This document shows, piece after piece, positions 48,301 to 58,205 of a stretch of DNA of 64,000 nucleotides. The notes beneath the pieces are model-generated. The model saw only the letters and a program-made list of their open reading frames with translations, had not been told where the DNA came from and made no database searches. The translations under genes and the position numbers were made by a program. This stretch comes from a virus: IMG/VR virus record IMGVR_UViG_3300030328_002400, positions 35,648 through 99,647 of that record; one strand, 5' to 3'. How positions within the stretch are numbered: the stretch's first letter is position 1; every line of letters starts with the position of its first letter.

Positions 48301-51300
48301 ATGGCAAAATGTCCAAATAAAAATACGGTTAAATATAAAGCTTTATTAAAAGTTTATAAGACAGATTTAGTTACTACTAATGTAATTCAGAGTTGGCAAC
48401 AGGCTACAGGGAGTGAAGCTATTCCTACTGTAACAGAAGCTGCTACATATGCTAATGAGAAAAAAGCTTTACACAGTTTAAAACAAAGAGAATTTGGAGA
48501 GGCCTTGTTAAATAACTTAAGAAGAGAAAGAATTATACATAGTTTCCAGGGTGCTTACTATATTAATAATACTGAGCAAGGTATTGATGCTATTAGACCA
48601 AGTGATGAATTAATTGAGTCTAATATTAAAAGACTTAAAAGATATTTAAAAATAAATAACTTACCAGAGTCTTCAATAAAATTAGATAAAACACCTAAGA
48701 CTTTTGCTGTCACTATAGATTCTTCTTTATTCTCAGCTAAAGATATGATAGAAAGATCTAGATCATGGGATACTCCAAGAGCTAGACATGTAGTTCAACA
48801 TTTAATGAGAATGTTTCCTAATGTAGGTGTGAAGCTTATGTCAGTAAATGAAGCACAAAAAGCATATGACTCATTGCCTCAATGGAAAAAAGCTAAAGTT
48901 CCTTTTAGTGAAATAGATTCATTTTTTGTAAATGATACAGCTGTCCTTGTAAAAGGTAGAGTTACAGATGAAAAGGCTATAGAAGAAATGCTACACCCAT
49001 TCATCAATGCTGTGAAGGAAGATAATATTCCTTTATATGAATCTTTATTATCTGAAGCTAAAAGAAATTTTCCTGTAATGACTCAGCAAATAGAAGATGC
49101 GTATAATAAGAAGAGAAGAGTTAATGCTGAAGAAAGAGAGATGGAAATAATAACTCAAGCTTTAGCTAGACATTTCAATAAGGAATATGAAGAAACACCA
49201 ACTCAAGGATTTTTAGATAAGGTTAAAGATCTTTTAGAATGGTTCATGAATATAATTCAAAACTTAAATCAATATCTTACTGGTAGAAAAATACCAGTAG
49301 AATCAATAAATCCTGAAGCAAGTTTATCTGATATTGCTAAACTATTGAATACTAGTGGGATAGCCTTTGAAATAAGAAGAAATCCAAATGGAAGAGTAAT
49401 GTATAGTTTATCTTCAGGAAAACAACAATTAGTAGATCAAGCATTAAAAAGATCAGTTACTGAACAACAACAAATAGTAATTAATAATCTTTTCCAAAAT
49501 GTACAAGAAGCAAAGAATGAAGCTGATACATTATCTGGTAATAACCCAGGTTCATTTGTCAATAATCTAGTTGTTCTAAATAAATCTGATAATACTTTTT
49601 ATGATTTAAATAGTAATATGAAATATGAATCTGTTTCAGATGTTGTAGGAAATAAAAATCAAATTAGTAAAGAAATTCAGAATGATGTAAGAACATTATT
49701 AGATGGGGTAGCTAGTCTTAAAAGCTTTGAAGAAGTTGCTGACTCAATAACTAAATTAGATAGAGGACAAGCAGAGCAAGTATTTGAACAAATCAGAAAT
49801 GACTTGCAGATTGTAATGGATCCTAGTGATATACTGATAACTAATGTGGTTTTATCTGATCCAAAATCTAAAATAGCAGGGATTGCAGATGTAGTAATAA
49901 TAGATAAATTTGGTAAGATAAAATTAGGTAAATTAAATATCCATACTGACTCACAAAGTGCTAGAGCAAATAAGATAATAAAACTTCCTTTAACTAGTTT
50001 ATTAATTAATAACAATGTTACATCTTTGAGTCAAGATGTTATGGATATGTTAGAGGTAAATCTTTTAAGAAGAATGGTTGAGAATATGGGTTATGATGTA
50101 CAGATGGGTAACTATGATGTGTTTTCTATAAACATGATATCTAAAGATAATAAAATAGAATCAGAAAGTATAGTACCAAGACCACCTGGACAAAATTTAA
50201 TATATGTAGATTATTTAATACCAGAAACTTTGTATGATATATCTGGGCAACAATTAGATAAAGAATTTGAGGCAGCAGATCCTAATGGACAATTATATGA
50301 TGCAAGAAAAGATACAGAAGATTTAATAGAGTCAAGTCAATTAGATCCTTATGAAACTCAACCTTTAAGTTATATATTTGGTGCAATTGAAGAATATAGA
50401 AATAAATTAGTTACCAAAAAAGAAATGCTAGCTAAAACTAAAGCTAATATTTTCATAGATAGAACCAAACCTGGAATACAAGAACAAATAGATCATAGTC
50501 TTTCTATAATTAACTTTGCATTAGTAGATCCTAATAATAATAAAGATATTTCAATTGCATATACCCAATTACTACAGGATGCATTTAGACAAATGAAAGA
50601 CTATAAAGAATATATTATTGATCCAAATAATGTAGGTAAAAGAGAGTTTGTAAATTACTTACTTAATTTTAAAAAATTCTTGCATACATTTGAAGGATTA
50701 TATGAACTAGAAGAACCAGGGTTTGAAGAATTAAATGCCACTCAAAGATATTTAATTAATAATATAAATGGTACAGTTACAGAATTATTAGGACCTGCAT
50801 CAGGAAGAAAAAATGGAAGACAAGGTTTAATTAACAGAGCATTATTTGATTATGTAGGACAAGTAATTTTAAATAATGTCTCTATGGGATGGGATGAAGG
50901 TGAAGAAACTGTTATACAAGATCATTCAGGTATGACCTTTACAGCTGCTGATATGGAAGATTTACTAACAGTAGTACCAGATATTGCTACAGGTGCAGTA
51001 TTTACAAAGGACATAGCTACTAGTAGGGATGTCATCTTAGCTACATTAGATAAAGTATATAAAAGACAATGGTTAAAATTCTTACATAGAAAAGAAGCTA
51101 GAGCAAGAAGAATTATTGCTCCAATAGAAAAATTAATAAAACTTATGCCAGGAGTTAAGGGTAATAGATTATATGACTTCATTTTAAATTTTGATGAGAA
51201 TGGAAACTTAAAACAAAGAGCATATGTTGAACCAATTGGAGAGCAATATTATGATTTGAAAGAAGAGATAAGCAATAGAAGTAGAGATGAAAATGGTATA

Positions 51301-54222
51301 CCTTTAATATATGCACCTGTATATGATTTAACTAAAGGCTCTAAAGAAGATATAGAATATAATAAAAAATTAGCTGTAAGTAAATCAGAATTCTCACAGT
51401 TTATGAGAGCTGAACAAGTAGATGAATCTAACCAACCTGTAGATGGAGATTTTCATAGATATTCAGAAGAGTTTAAATTAGAAAGAGCTAAGTATGAAGT
51501 GTGGAATTCAAGAACCAGAAGGTGGGAAAAACGTGATGGAGAAAGTGATTCTAATTATAAGAAATATAAAGCAAAGTATTATGAGTCTACAAGATATACA
51601 AAAGCATTTAAAAAGAATGGGGAACCTACAGGTCAAGTAAAACCTGATCAAAACTTTGAGTTTGTAAAACCTGAATATGTAGAAATAAGAGAAATAGCAG
51701 GAGTAGTAGATCCTAAGACAAGAACGTTTATGGATATGAGAAGTGAAAAATATAGAGCTATTATGGAACCTAAAGTAAATGATGCATTAGCTCAAGCACG
51801 TAGAGAGTTTTATGATATGTTTGTTGAAGAATATGTAGAAGGAATGTTACAACAATTACCTAGAGCAGAAAGAAATCAAATGTTAGGAAAAATACCTTTA
51901 GTAAGAGATAGAATTGCTTCCTCTCTTCAAGATAATCCAGCAGGAGGATTATTTACTAGACTCTGGGCAAGAAGCACTAGATCCATAAAGAATTTATTTA
52001 CTTCTACTTCAGAACAGAAGACAGTTGTAGTAGATGGAGGTAGAATGGTAGATACATTACCTATAATGTATACAGGTACTCCTAGAGTTGAAGAAAGGTT
52101 AACGGCTTTAGAAAATGAAGTGACTCAACTTAAACAAGCTTATAAGGATGGAAAAGACTATACTTCTTCAATAACCGGTAAAACTATAAAGGGTAAAGAC
52201 TTAGGTATAGATAAATATCAAGAACAAAGAGGTTTATTAGAAGGTAAAATTGTAAAACAGAGAAGTCAACCTACAGCAGGAGAAGTAAGTACAGATTTAG
52301 GATCCAGCTTATTAATGTTTAATGATATGGCTGAGAAGTTTGAAACTATGGGAGAAGTAGAAGGAACCATTAATGCTTTAGTAAAAGTGATAGAAAAAAG
52401 AGAATATTTACGAAATGAAGGTAAATTTACTGGAGTACTAGATAAGATTGTTCCAGATAAATTTAACTTAAAAGGAAGGTTAGGGTTAGCCGGTGATCAA
52501 GCTAATGTAGTAGCTAGAGCTCATAAATGGTTAAAAATGATTTACTATCAGAATGATGACATAAGTAAGAAGACAATGGATAAGGTTTCTAATGTTTTAA
52601 TTCAATGGTCTTCTCAATCTTATGTTGCATGGAATATTTTTGGTAACATAAATAACTTAGCTATTGCACAAGTGAATAATGCAATTGAAGGTGTATCTAA
52701 TAGATATATGACACAAAAGGCTTTTGCAAGAGGTGAGTATTTATACAATACTGTAGCTCTCCCAGGATTAATTAAAAGAACAGGAACAGTTGGTCAGGAA
52801 GCTGCTGATATAATATTAGGAAGTGAAGATATTACAACAGGTTCTGTTAAAGGAGGGGCGGTAGGAGCTATAGTAGGTACTATGGTAGCAGGACCGGTAG
52901 GAACAGCAGTAGGAGCAGCATTAGGGGGTTCTGCAGGAGCAGGACTATCTGGAGTAGAAATAAAAGAACGTAGTTATAAACCACAACAAGCTAATAATCA
53001 GTATGAAGCATCTGCAGAATTTTGGAGAATGATGGATAAAGATATGGATATACGTGAATCTGGAATGGATAATACTCAAGGTCAACAAAGTAGATTTGAA
53101 AGAGGTCTGAGTATAGGTTACTTATTTCAAGATGGATTTGAGTATGCTGTACAAACTAAAGTAGGAACTTCTTTACTAGTGGATGTTGTATTAAAAAATA
53201 GTAAGACAGGAGAAACAAGTAATTTATATGAAGCACAAGAATATAATCCTGTAACTGGTAGAGTTTCTTATAGTGATAAATGGGATATAATTATACCTAA
53301 CTATAAAACAGGAATAGAAGTTAAGCTTGATGGTCCACTTACTCAAAATTCTAAAATATATGCAGAGATAAGAAATAATATAAGAGAAGTAAATAAACAA
53401 ATTCATGGTAACTATTCTACACAAGATAGAACAGTATTACAGTCTTATTGGCTTGGAAAATTATTAATTCAATTTAAAAAATGGCTTGCTCCTGCATTAA
53501 GAGCTAGATATCAGACGGAATACTTTGATGCAAATTTAGGATGGGTAGAAGGTAGATATAATAGTTCCTATCAGTTAGTTAGTTATTTATTATCTCAAAT
53601 GAAACAAGGAAGAGCAGATGTCCGTAATATTACACAAGAATGGAAAGAGTCTATTCTTAAAAAAAATAAAAGTAATCCAGGAGGACCCGGCTCAGCAGGA
53701 TCAAAAATTGGTGATAGAAGTTTGCAACTTAGATTAGATAATAAAATAAAGAACTTTAATAGAACTATGGCAGAAGCTTCATTTATAATAATGTCTTTTT
53801 TAGCATTCCAAATGCTAGATAAGATATGGGATGATGAGGAAGATGATGATCCACTATGGGTTAAGAAGCTTAGAAACTGGAGTAAATATCAAACAGATAG
53901 AGTATATACTGAAATGATCTTATTTGTTCCTCTATTAGGTGCAGAAGAAATGGGTGGATTTTTAGAACGTCCTATAGCATCAACTAGAATGTTAGGTGCT
54001 TTAGCAGAGGCAATAATATTGTCTGGTGAAACACCATTAAAATGGCTTATACGTGAGTCAGATGAAACATTTTATGAAAACTCAAGTATAGTTTATCAAA
54101 ATAAACCTAGAAAAGGAGAATTAAAAGTATGGAAACAATGGAAAGATGCTCTGCCAATTCTATATACACTACAGAAATGGAGATCTTTTGAACGTATGGA
54201 TACTTTTCATTTAGGTAATTAA
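48301..54222 (+). CDS. Large ejected cargo protein following the RNAP
   Basis: Synteny; degenerate zincin (IEEMLHP); degenerate PD-(D/E)xK-like segment; Gly-zipper; hydrophobic C-terminal helices. Confidence 0.65.
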   Translation: MAKCPNKNTVKYKALLKVYKTDLVTTNVIQSWQQATGSEAIPTVTEAATYANEKKALHSLKQREFGEALLNNLRRERIIHSFQGAYYINNTEQGIDAIRPSDELIESNIKRLKRYLKINNLPESSIKLDKTPKTFAVTIDSSLFSAKDMIERSRSWDTPRARHVVQHLMRMFPNVGVKLMSVNEAQKAYDSLPQWKKAKVPFSEIDSFFVNDTAVLVKGRVTDEKAIEEMLHPFINAVKEDNIPLYESLLSEAKRNFPVMTQQIEDAYNKKRRVNAEEREMEIITQALARHFNKEYEETPTQGFLDKVKDLLEWFMNIIQNLNQYLTGRKIPVESINPEASLSDIAKLLNTSGIAFEIRRNPNGRVMYSLSSGKQQLVDQALKRSVTEQQQIVINNLFQNVQEAKNEADTLSGNNPGSFVNNLVVLNKSDNTFYDLNSNMKYESVSDVVGNKNQISKEIQNDVRTLLDGVASLKSFEEVADSITKLDRGQAEQVFEQIRNDLQIVMDPSDILITNVVLSDPKSKIAGIADVVIIDKFGKIKLGKLNIHTDSQSARANKIIKLPLTSLLINNNVTSLSQDVMDMLEVNLLRRMVENMGYDVQMGNYDVFSINMISKDNKIESESIVPRPPGQNLIYVDYLIPETLYDISGQQLDKEFEAADPNGQLYDARKDTEDLIESSQLDPYETQPLSYIFGAIEEYRNKLVTKKEMLAKTKANIFIDRTKPGIQEQIDHSLSIINFALVDPNNNKDISIAYTQLLQDAFRQMKDYKEYIIDPNNVGKREFVNYLLNFKKFLHTFEGLYELEEPGFEELNATQRYLINNINGTVTELLGPASGRKNGRQGLINRALFDYVGQVILNNVSMGWDEGEETVIQDHSGMTFTAADMEDLLTVVPDIATGAVFTKDIATSRDVILATLDKVYKRQWLKFLHRKEARARRIIAPIEKLIKLMPGVKGNRLYDFILNFDENGNLKQRAYVEPIGEQYYDLKEEISNRSRDENGIPLIYAPVYDLTKGSKEDIEYNKKLAVSKSEFSQFMRAEQVDESNQPVDGDFHRYSEEFKLERAKYEVWNSRTRRWEKRDGESDSNYKKYKAKYYESTRYTKAFKKNGEPTGQVKPDQNFEFVKPEYVEIREIAGVVDPKTRTFMDMRSEKYRAIMEPKVNDALAQARREFYDMFVEEYVEGMLQQLPRAERNQMLGKIPLVRDRIASSLQDNPAGGLFTRLWARSTRSIKNLFTSTSEQKTVVVDGGRMVDTLPIMYTGTPRVEERLTALENEVTQLKQAYKDGKDYTSSITGKTIKGKDLGIDKYQEQRGLLEGKIVKQRSQPTAGEVSTDLGSSLLMFNDMAEKFETMGEVEGTINALVKVIEKREYLRNEGKFTGVLDKIVPDKFNLKGRLGLAGDQANVVARAHKWLKMIYYQNDDISKKTMDKVSNVLIQWSSQSYVAWNIFGNINNLAIAQVNNAIEGVSNRYMTQKAFARGEYLYNTVALPGLIKRTGTVGQEAADIILGSEDITTGSVKGGAVGAIVGTMVAGPVGTAVGAALGGSAGAGLSGVEIKERSYKPQQANNQYEASAEFWRMMDKDMDIRESGMDNTQGQQSRFERGLSIGYLFQDGFEYAVQTKVGTSLLVDVVLKNSKTGETSNLYEAQEYNPVTGRVSYSDKWDIIIPNYKTGIEVKLDGPLTQNSKIYAEIRNNIREVNKQIHGNYSTQDRTVLQSYWLGKLLIQFKKWLAPALRARYQTEYFDANLGWVEGRYNSSYQLVSYLLSQMKQGRADVRNITQEWKESILKKNKSNPGGPGSAGSKIGDRSLQLRLDNKIKNFNRTMAEASFIIMSFLAFQMLDKIWDDEEDDDPLWVKKLRNWSKYQTDRVYTEMILFVPLLGAEEMGGFLERPIASTRMLGALAEAIILSGETPLKWLIRESDETFYENSSIVYQNKPRKGELKVWKQWKDALPILYTLQKWRSFERMDTFHLGN

Positions 54223-54266
54223 TACGTCAAATTTGCAGTCTAACTATTTTCTAGTCTGAGAAAAAG

Positions 54267-54285
54267 TTCTTATATTATTATTATA
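54267..54285 (+). promoter_or_regulatory. Conserved 19-bp intergenic motif (candidate phage late promoter)
   Basis: TTCTTATATTATTATTATA; 3 mismatches to the 60982/61057 copies. Confidence 0.45.
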
Positions 54286-54326
54286 CAAACCAACTTAAAA
54301 GCTTATTAATTTAATATATAACAAAT

Positions 54327-55550
54327 ATGAAAAAATATTTAGTTTTATTGGTTTGCATTTTTATGACTCAGACCTTATCAGCTCAAGAGCAAGAAGATAA
54401 AGGTAAGTTCTTTAAGTCTCTTTATGAAGATCTTTTAAAATATAGTACCATATATGGTGCAGGTGATATCTCCAACTCAGTAGAAGCAAGACAACAAACT
54501 TACTTTGTAAGAACAAATCCAGATGGAGGTTTATATTCCATACCTGATGTAGTTGATAATACACCAGATTATCCTTTTGATTATAGATATGGATTTGGAA
54601 TCCGTAAGTTAGCAAGATTTAATTATGAAAGAAAACCTAAAAACTTTTATGATGGAACTGAAGAACAATTAGCATTTACAGCTCCATCTTCTGCACTTGA
54701 AGGATTAGAATATCAATTCCACTTTGAAAAAGAAAGATGGAGAGGAGAGAACTTCAAGAATCATAGATTCTTTTTAAAGCATACAGGTAAATACCACATA
54801 GTAAAAGTAGAGAGTAGAGAGGTTGGTAAGATAAACTTAGATTATCAGTCAGCTGAAGTAAGAGGTAGACTTCCTATTGGAGAAAAGTTTAGTATATCAG
54901 CCGGAGCTATCTACCGTACTCATGACCGTGCTTATGGATATAACCCAATTGAAATATGGTTAAATGAAACACAAATAATAAATGGTGAGGAATACCCTGC
55001 TAACTATTGGTATACTTTAGGTTTTGAATATGGTTACGATGATATTTATTATACACAAACCAGTGTAGATCCAAACACAGGAGAACAAATACAAACATCT
55101 GATTGGTATTGGGTAGACTCTGAAGGAAACATAGTAGCTGATTCTGATCTAGAATTTAGAGAAACAGTATTCACTGATCTTATGAACCGTTATAATAATG
55201 AAGTATGGGATCAACTAGATGCTTTTGGTGAGATAGCACCAATAGTAGGTGTAGATTTTTATCATTACAAAAGCAAGTTCTGGTTACATGCATATGCTAA
55301 TTATATATTACCATATCATAGATACATAGAGGGAGATGAGGCTGTATCCTATTTAAATAGAAATAACTGGGGTAAAGGTGGATTGGTTCAAGATGCAGAG
55401 TTAGAACAGTGGGAGGACTACTCCGCAGGAGTAAGTTTTGGCTGGAAGATAAACAAGAACTTAGGAATATTTGCAGAAGGAGAATATAGTAAGATGTGGG
55501 ATAGTGAATTATTTCAAACTACATTTGGATTAAACTTTACCTTTAGATAA
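54327..55550 (+). CDS. Exported outer-membrane beta-barrel-like protein
   Basis: Sec signal peptide (MKKYLVLLV...LSA|QE); alternating aromatic strands; C-terminal beta-signal-like TTFGLNFTFR. Confidence 0.7.
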   Translation: MKKYLVLLVCIFMTQTLSAQEQEDKGKFFKSLYEDLLKYSTIYGAGDISNSVEARQQTYFVRTNPDGGLYSIPDVVDNTPDYPFDYRYGFGIRKLARFNYERKPKNFYDGTEEQLAFTAPSSALEGLEYQFHFEKERWRGENFKNHRFFLKHTGKYHIVKVESREVGKINLDYQSAEVRGRLPIGEKFSISAGAIYRTHDRAYGYNPIEIWLNETQIINGEEYPANYWYTLGFEYGYDDIYYTQTSVDPNTGEQIQTSDWYWVDSEGNIVADSDLEFRETVFTDLMNRYNNEVWDQLDAFGEIAPIVGVDFYHYKSKFWLHAYANYILPYHRYIEGDEAVSYLNRNNWGKGGLVQDAELEQWEDYSAGVSFGWKINKNLGIFAEGEYSKMWDSELFQTTFGLNFTFR

Positions 55551-55552
55551 TC

Positions 55553-56281
55553 ATGAAAAAAATATTAAGTCTTGTATTAATATTAATGACTAGTTGTGCT
55601 ACTTTTCAACCAGTAGAGAAATGCTGTGAAACTGAAGTAGTATATTTAGATGAAGTTCAAAGTGATTCAACTAATTTATTTACAAGTTTAGAATTTAATA
55701 CTATTACCTTAGACTTTAGGCCATTAAGACCTAGATTTTTTTATGGTCATAGTTATGGGTATTGGCACACAAGACCACTATGGTTAGATTTTGACTACTG
55801 GCATAATGATTTTTATTACAGTAATTTTTATTCTTATCATTATCCTTATTACTCTTATTATTATAGACCATGGAATCATTGGGATTGGTATATGAGACCT
55901 TGGAGACCAGCTAACAATTGGTATCAAGGACCATTCAATAATCCAAGTTATAATGTAGTTTATAATGCTAGTAGAAGAAATAGCGTTTCAAATCTGAATA
56001 GAAACATTGCTACTGCAATTGCAAATAATAGAATTGAGAATGCTAATAATAGACCTATTATTAATAATAATAAGCCTATTATAAATAACAAACCTATTGT
56101 TGTTAATAATAGTTATAAACCTAACAATAACTATAAACCAAGTAATAACAACTATAGTTCTAAACCAAATAATAATTATAAACCAAGCAGTAATTCTAGA
56201 ACTACTTATAATGGTTCAGGATCAAATAATAGTTATAGCAGACCTTCAGGATCTGTTTCATCATCAAGAAAAATTAATTAA
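55553..56281 (+). CDS. Lipoprotein with Y/W/H-rich core and N/S-rich low-complexity tail
   Basis: Lipobox LMTS|C; NNKPII and NNNYKP repeats. Confidence 0.7.
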   Translation: MKKILSLVLILMTSCATFQPVEKCCETEVVYLDEVQSDSTNLFTSLEFNTITLDFRPLRPRFFYGHSYGYWHTRPLWLDFDYWHNDFYYSNFYSYHYPYYSYYYRPWNHWDWYMRPWRPANNWYQGPFNNPSYNVVYNASRRNSVSNLNRNIATAIANNRIENANNRPIINNNKPIINNKPIVVNNSYKPNNNYKPSNNNYSSKPNNNYKPSSNSRTTYNGSGSNNSYSRPSGSVSSSRKIN

Positions 56282-56282
56282 A

Positions 56283-56570
56283 ATGGCAGGAGCACCAAAA
56301 ATAGGAGAAGAAACTAAAGTCACTCTAGATTTAAAAACAATTGGAATGATAGTGGGATTTGTAATCTCATTATCTACTATGTGGTTTACATTAAAAGCTG
56401 ACATAGCAAAAGCTATGGAGTTACCAGCTCCAGTTATTGATAGAGTAGAATATGATCTAAAAGATGAATTAGTACGTCAAACCATTATGGATACTCAAGA
56501 AGATGTAGAAATGCTTCTAGAGAAATTTGAAAAAATGGAAGAGAGAATCTATGATCTTACTAAAAAGTAA
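56283..56570 (+). CDS. Single-TM protein with C-terminal coiled coil
   Basis: ATG 56283 directly after the upstream stop; TM IGMIVGFVISLSTMWFTL. Confidence 0.65.
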   Translation: MAGAPKIGEETKVTLDLKTIGMIVGFVISLSTMWFTLKADIAKAMELPAPVIDRVEYDLKDELVRQTIMDTQEDVEMLLEKFEKMEERIYDLTKK

Positions 56571-56572
56571 TT

Positions 56573-56989
56573 ATGAAAAAAACAATTCTATTCATTTTGT
56601 TTTTATTATTTAGTATAAAAGCTATAGCTCAAGAATGGGTTAATGATAAAAATTTTGATAGTGTAATTAGTCAAGGTGCATTTGATGATGACTCTGAAGG
56701 TATAATTGTTATAGAATTCTGGGCAGAATTTAATTCAGCAAATGCTTTTCATGATTGGGAACAGATAAATGACCTAGATGGTGTAGAGTACTATAGATGT
56801 GATGTTAGCCAATCTCCTCAATCAAAAAAGAAATATAGAGTAAGAATGGTTCCTACCATCTTAATCTTTGCTGGAGATGATGCCTTTATAAAATTTCAAG
56901 CAAAAGCAGGTTTAGATCTTTTATGTCCTGTGGATGTACCTAAAATGAAAGCTGCTGTTGAGGTTGTCCGTAGAGAATCTCAATTCTAA
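56573..56989 (+). CDS. Exported thioredoxin-fold protein lacking CxxC
   Basis: Signal peptide; NFDSVI, VIEFWAEFN (in place of WCxxC), YRCDV, YRVRMVPTILIF. Confidence 0.7.
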   Translation: MKKTILFILFLLFSIKAIAQEWVNDKNFDSVISQGAFDDDSEGIIVIEFWAEFNSANAFHDWEQINDLDGVEYYRCDVSQSPQSKKKYRVRMVPTILIFAGDDAFIKFQAKAGLDLLCPVDVPKMKAAVEVVRRESQF

Positions 56990-56997
56990 AATATAAT

Positions 56998-57087
56998 ATG
57001 TCAGAAGCTAGACTTGCTATATTGGTTTTTTATATTATAGTAGCTTTTATTATATACACTTTTGCAAAGGAAGAATTTAAAGATTAA
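56998..57087 (+). CDS. 29-aa single-TM microprotein (absent from the ORF track)
   Basis: MSEARLAILVFYIIVAFIIYTFAKEEFKD; its stop abuts the next ATG. Confidence 0.45.
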   Translation: MSEARLAILVFYIIVAFIIYTFAKEEFKD

Positions 57088-57492
57088 ATGGAAAAATATA
57101 TATACAGAGGAAAATTAGAAAGAGTAGTTGACGGTGATACGGTTGACGCTTTAATTGATTTAGGATTTGATACTTGGGTTAAGAAGAGAATTAGATTTCA
57201 CGGTTTAGATACTTGGGAGTGTAGAACGAGAGATAAGGACGAGAAGAAGAAAGGACTAGCTGCTAAGGCTAGAGTAATAGAGCTCTTAACTGAAGTTACA
57301 GATAAAGAACATTTCTTTAGATTAAAATCTCATGGTACTGGTAAATATGGTAGAGTACTAGGAGAACTCTTTGTTAGAGATTGTGATGGCAAGACTATAG
57401 ACGTGTGTGCTACATTAATAGAAGAAGGTCATGCCTATGTGTATGACGGGGGAAAGAAAAAAGTTTATACAAAACCTACCAAGGTAGCATAG
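57088..57492 (+). CDS. Thermonuclease (SNase-like)
   Basis: RVVDGDTVD, IDLGF, RIRFHGLDTWE, GKYGRVLG. Confidence 0.9.
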   Translation: MEKYIYRGKLERVVDGDTVDALIDLGFDTWVKKRIRFHGLDTWECRTRDKDEKKKGLAAKARVIELLTEVTDKEHFFRLKSHGTGKYGRVLGELFVRDCDGKTIDVCATLIEEGHAYVYDGGKKKVYTKPTKVA

Positions 57493-57652
57493 TCATACCA
57501 ATTTTATTTAGCAGACATTCCAGTATAATAAATATAATACCACAAACTACTATCTGATAGAACCACCATTTCCAACCTGTCAATGATAAAGCCCACTTAC
57601 GTAATGGTGACTTCATTGCAAGACTATATAAATATTGTTTTATTTTTTCCAT
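57476..57652 (-). CDS. 58-aa membrane protein (absent from the ORF track)
   Basis: MEKIKQYLYSLAMKSPLRKWALSLTGWKWWFYQIVVCGIIFIILECLLNKIGMTMLPW. Confidence 0.5.
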   Translation of the reverse strand: MEKIKQYLYSLAMKSPLRKWALSLTGWKWWFYQIVVCGIIFIILECLLNKIGMTMLPW

Positions 57653-57656
57653 ATCT

Positions 57657-57699
57657 AAATAGAGTAAATGCTCTATGATTTCCCACAGAGCATTGACTC
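57657..57699 (-). terminator. Hairpin downstream of the minus-strand lipoprotein gene
   Basis: GAGTAAATGCTCT / AGAGCATTGACTC inverted repeat with a weak T tail on the minus strand. Confidence 0.5.
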
Positions 57700-57714
57700 A
57701 TTAATATATTGCAT

Positions 57715-58182
57715 TTATTCTTTGACAACAGAAACGTTATAAGAACCGTCACCATTTTTATCAAATTTTAATACACCATCTGGTTTGTTATCTGGACCCA
57801 TTGATATAGGATCAGCATAAGGAGTCCACGGTGCTACTGGCATTGCCCAGTGTACTGTGGTAGTTGTAACATAAGTTTGTCCATTCATTACATCTAATAC
57901 TAGCCAATTTTGAGCACCACCGCTAACATCTTTCCAAGTACTACCTGGACAAAATTCTGTATCAACAGCAGGACTAAAATCATCATGTGAATGATCAGAC
58001 TTTACATTTCCTTTACTTACTCTTAAACAATCAGTTTTAGATGCACTTAGCCAAACGTCTTGTCTTACTTCTACAGCTTCTTCTACCGGAGCAACTTCTT
58101 CTGCTACAGCTTCAGCTGGTTTGTTGTTACCACACCCTATCATTAATAGAGAGAATAACATAATTAAAAAATTGTTTTTCAT
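57715..58182 (-). CDS. Lipoprotein of unknown function
   Basis: Lipobox LMIG|C followed by an A/E/V-rich tether. Confidence 0.7.
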   Translation of the reverse strand: MKNNFLIMLFSLLMIGCGNNKPAEAVAEEVAPVEEAVEVRQDVWLSASKTDCLRVSKGNVKSDHSHDDFSPAVDTEFCPGSTWKDVSGGAQNWLVLDVMNGQTYVTTTTVHWAMPVAPWTPYADPISMGPDNKPDGVLKFDKNGDGSYNVSVVKE

Positions 58183-58205
58183 TTTTAAAGATTTAAAGTT
58201 AATAA

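Noticed and set aside
56097-56282. N-terminal extension of the 56097-56570 ORF
   Set aside because: Ile-rich off-frame reading of the Asn-rich lipoprotein tail; ATG 56283 fits the gene packing
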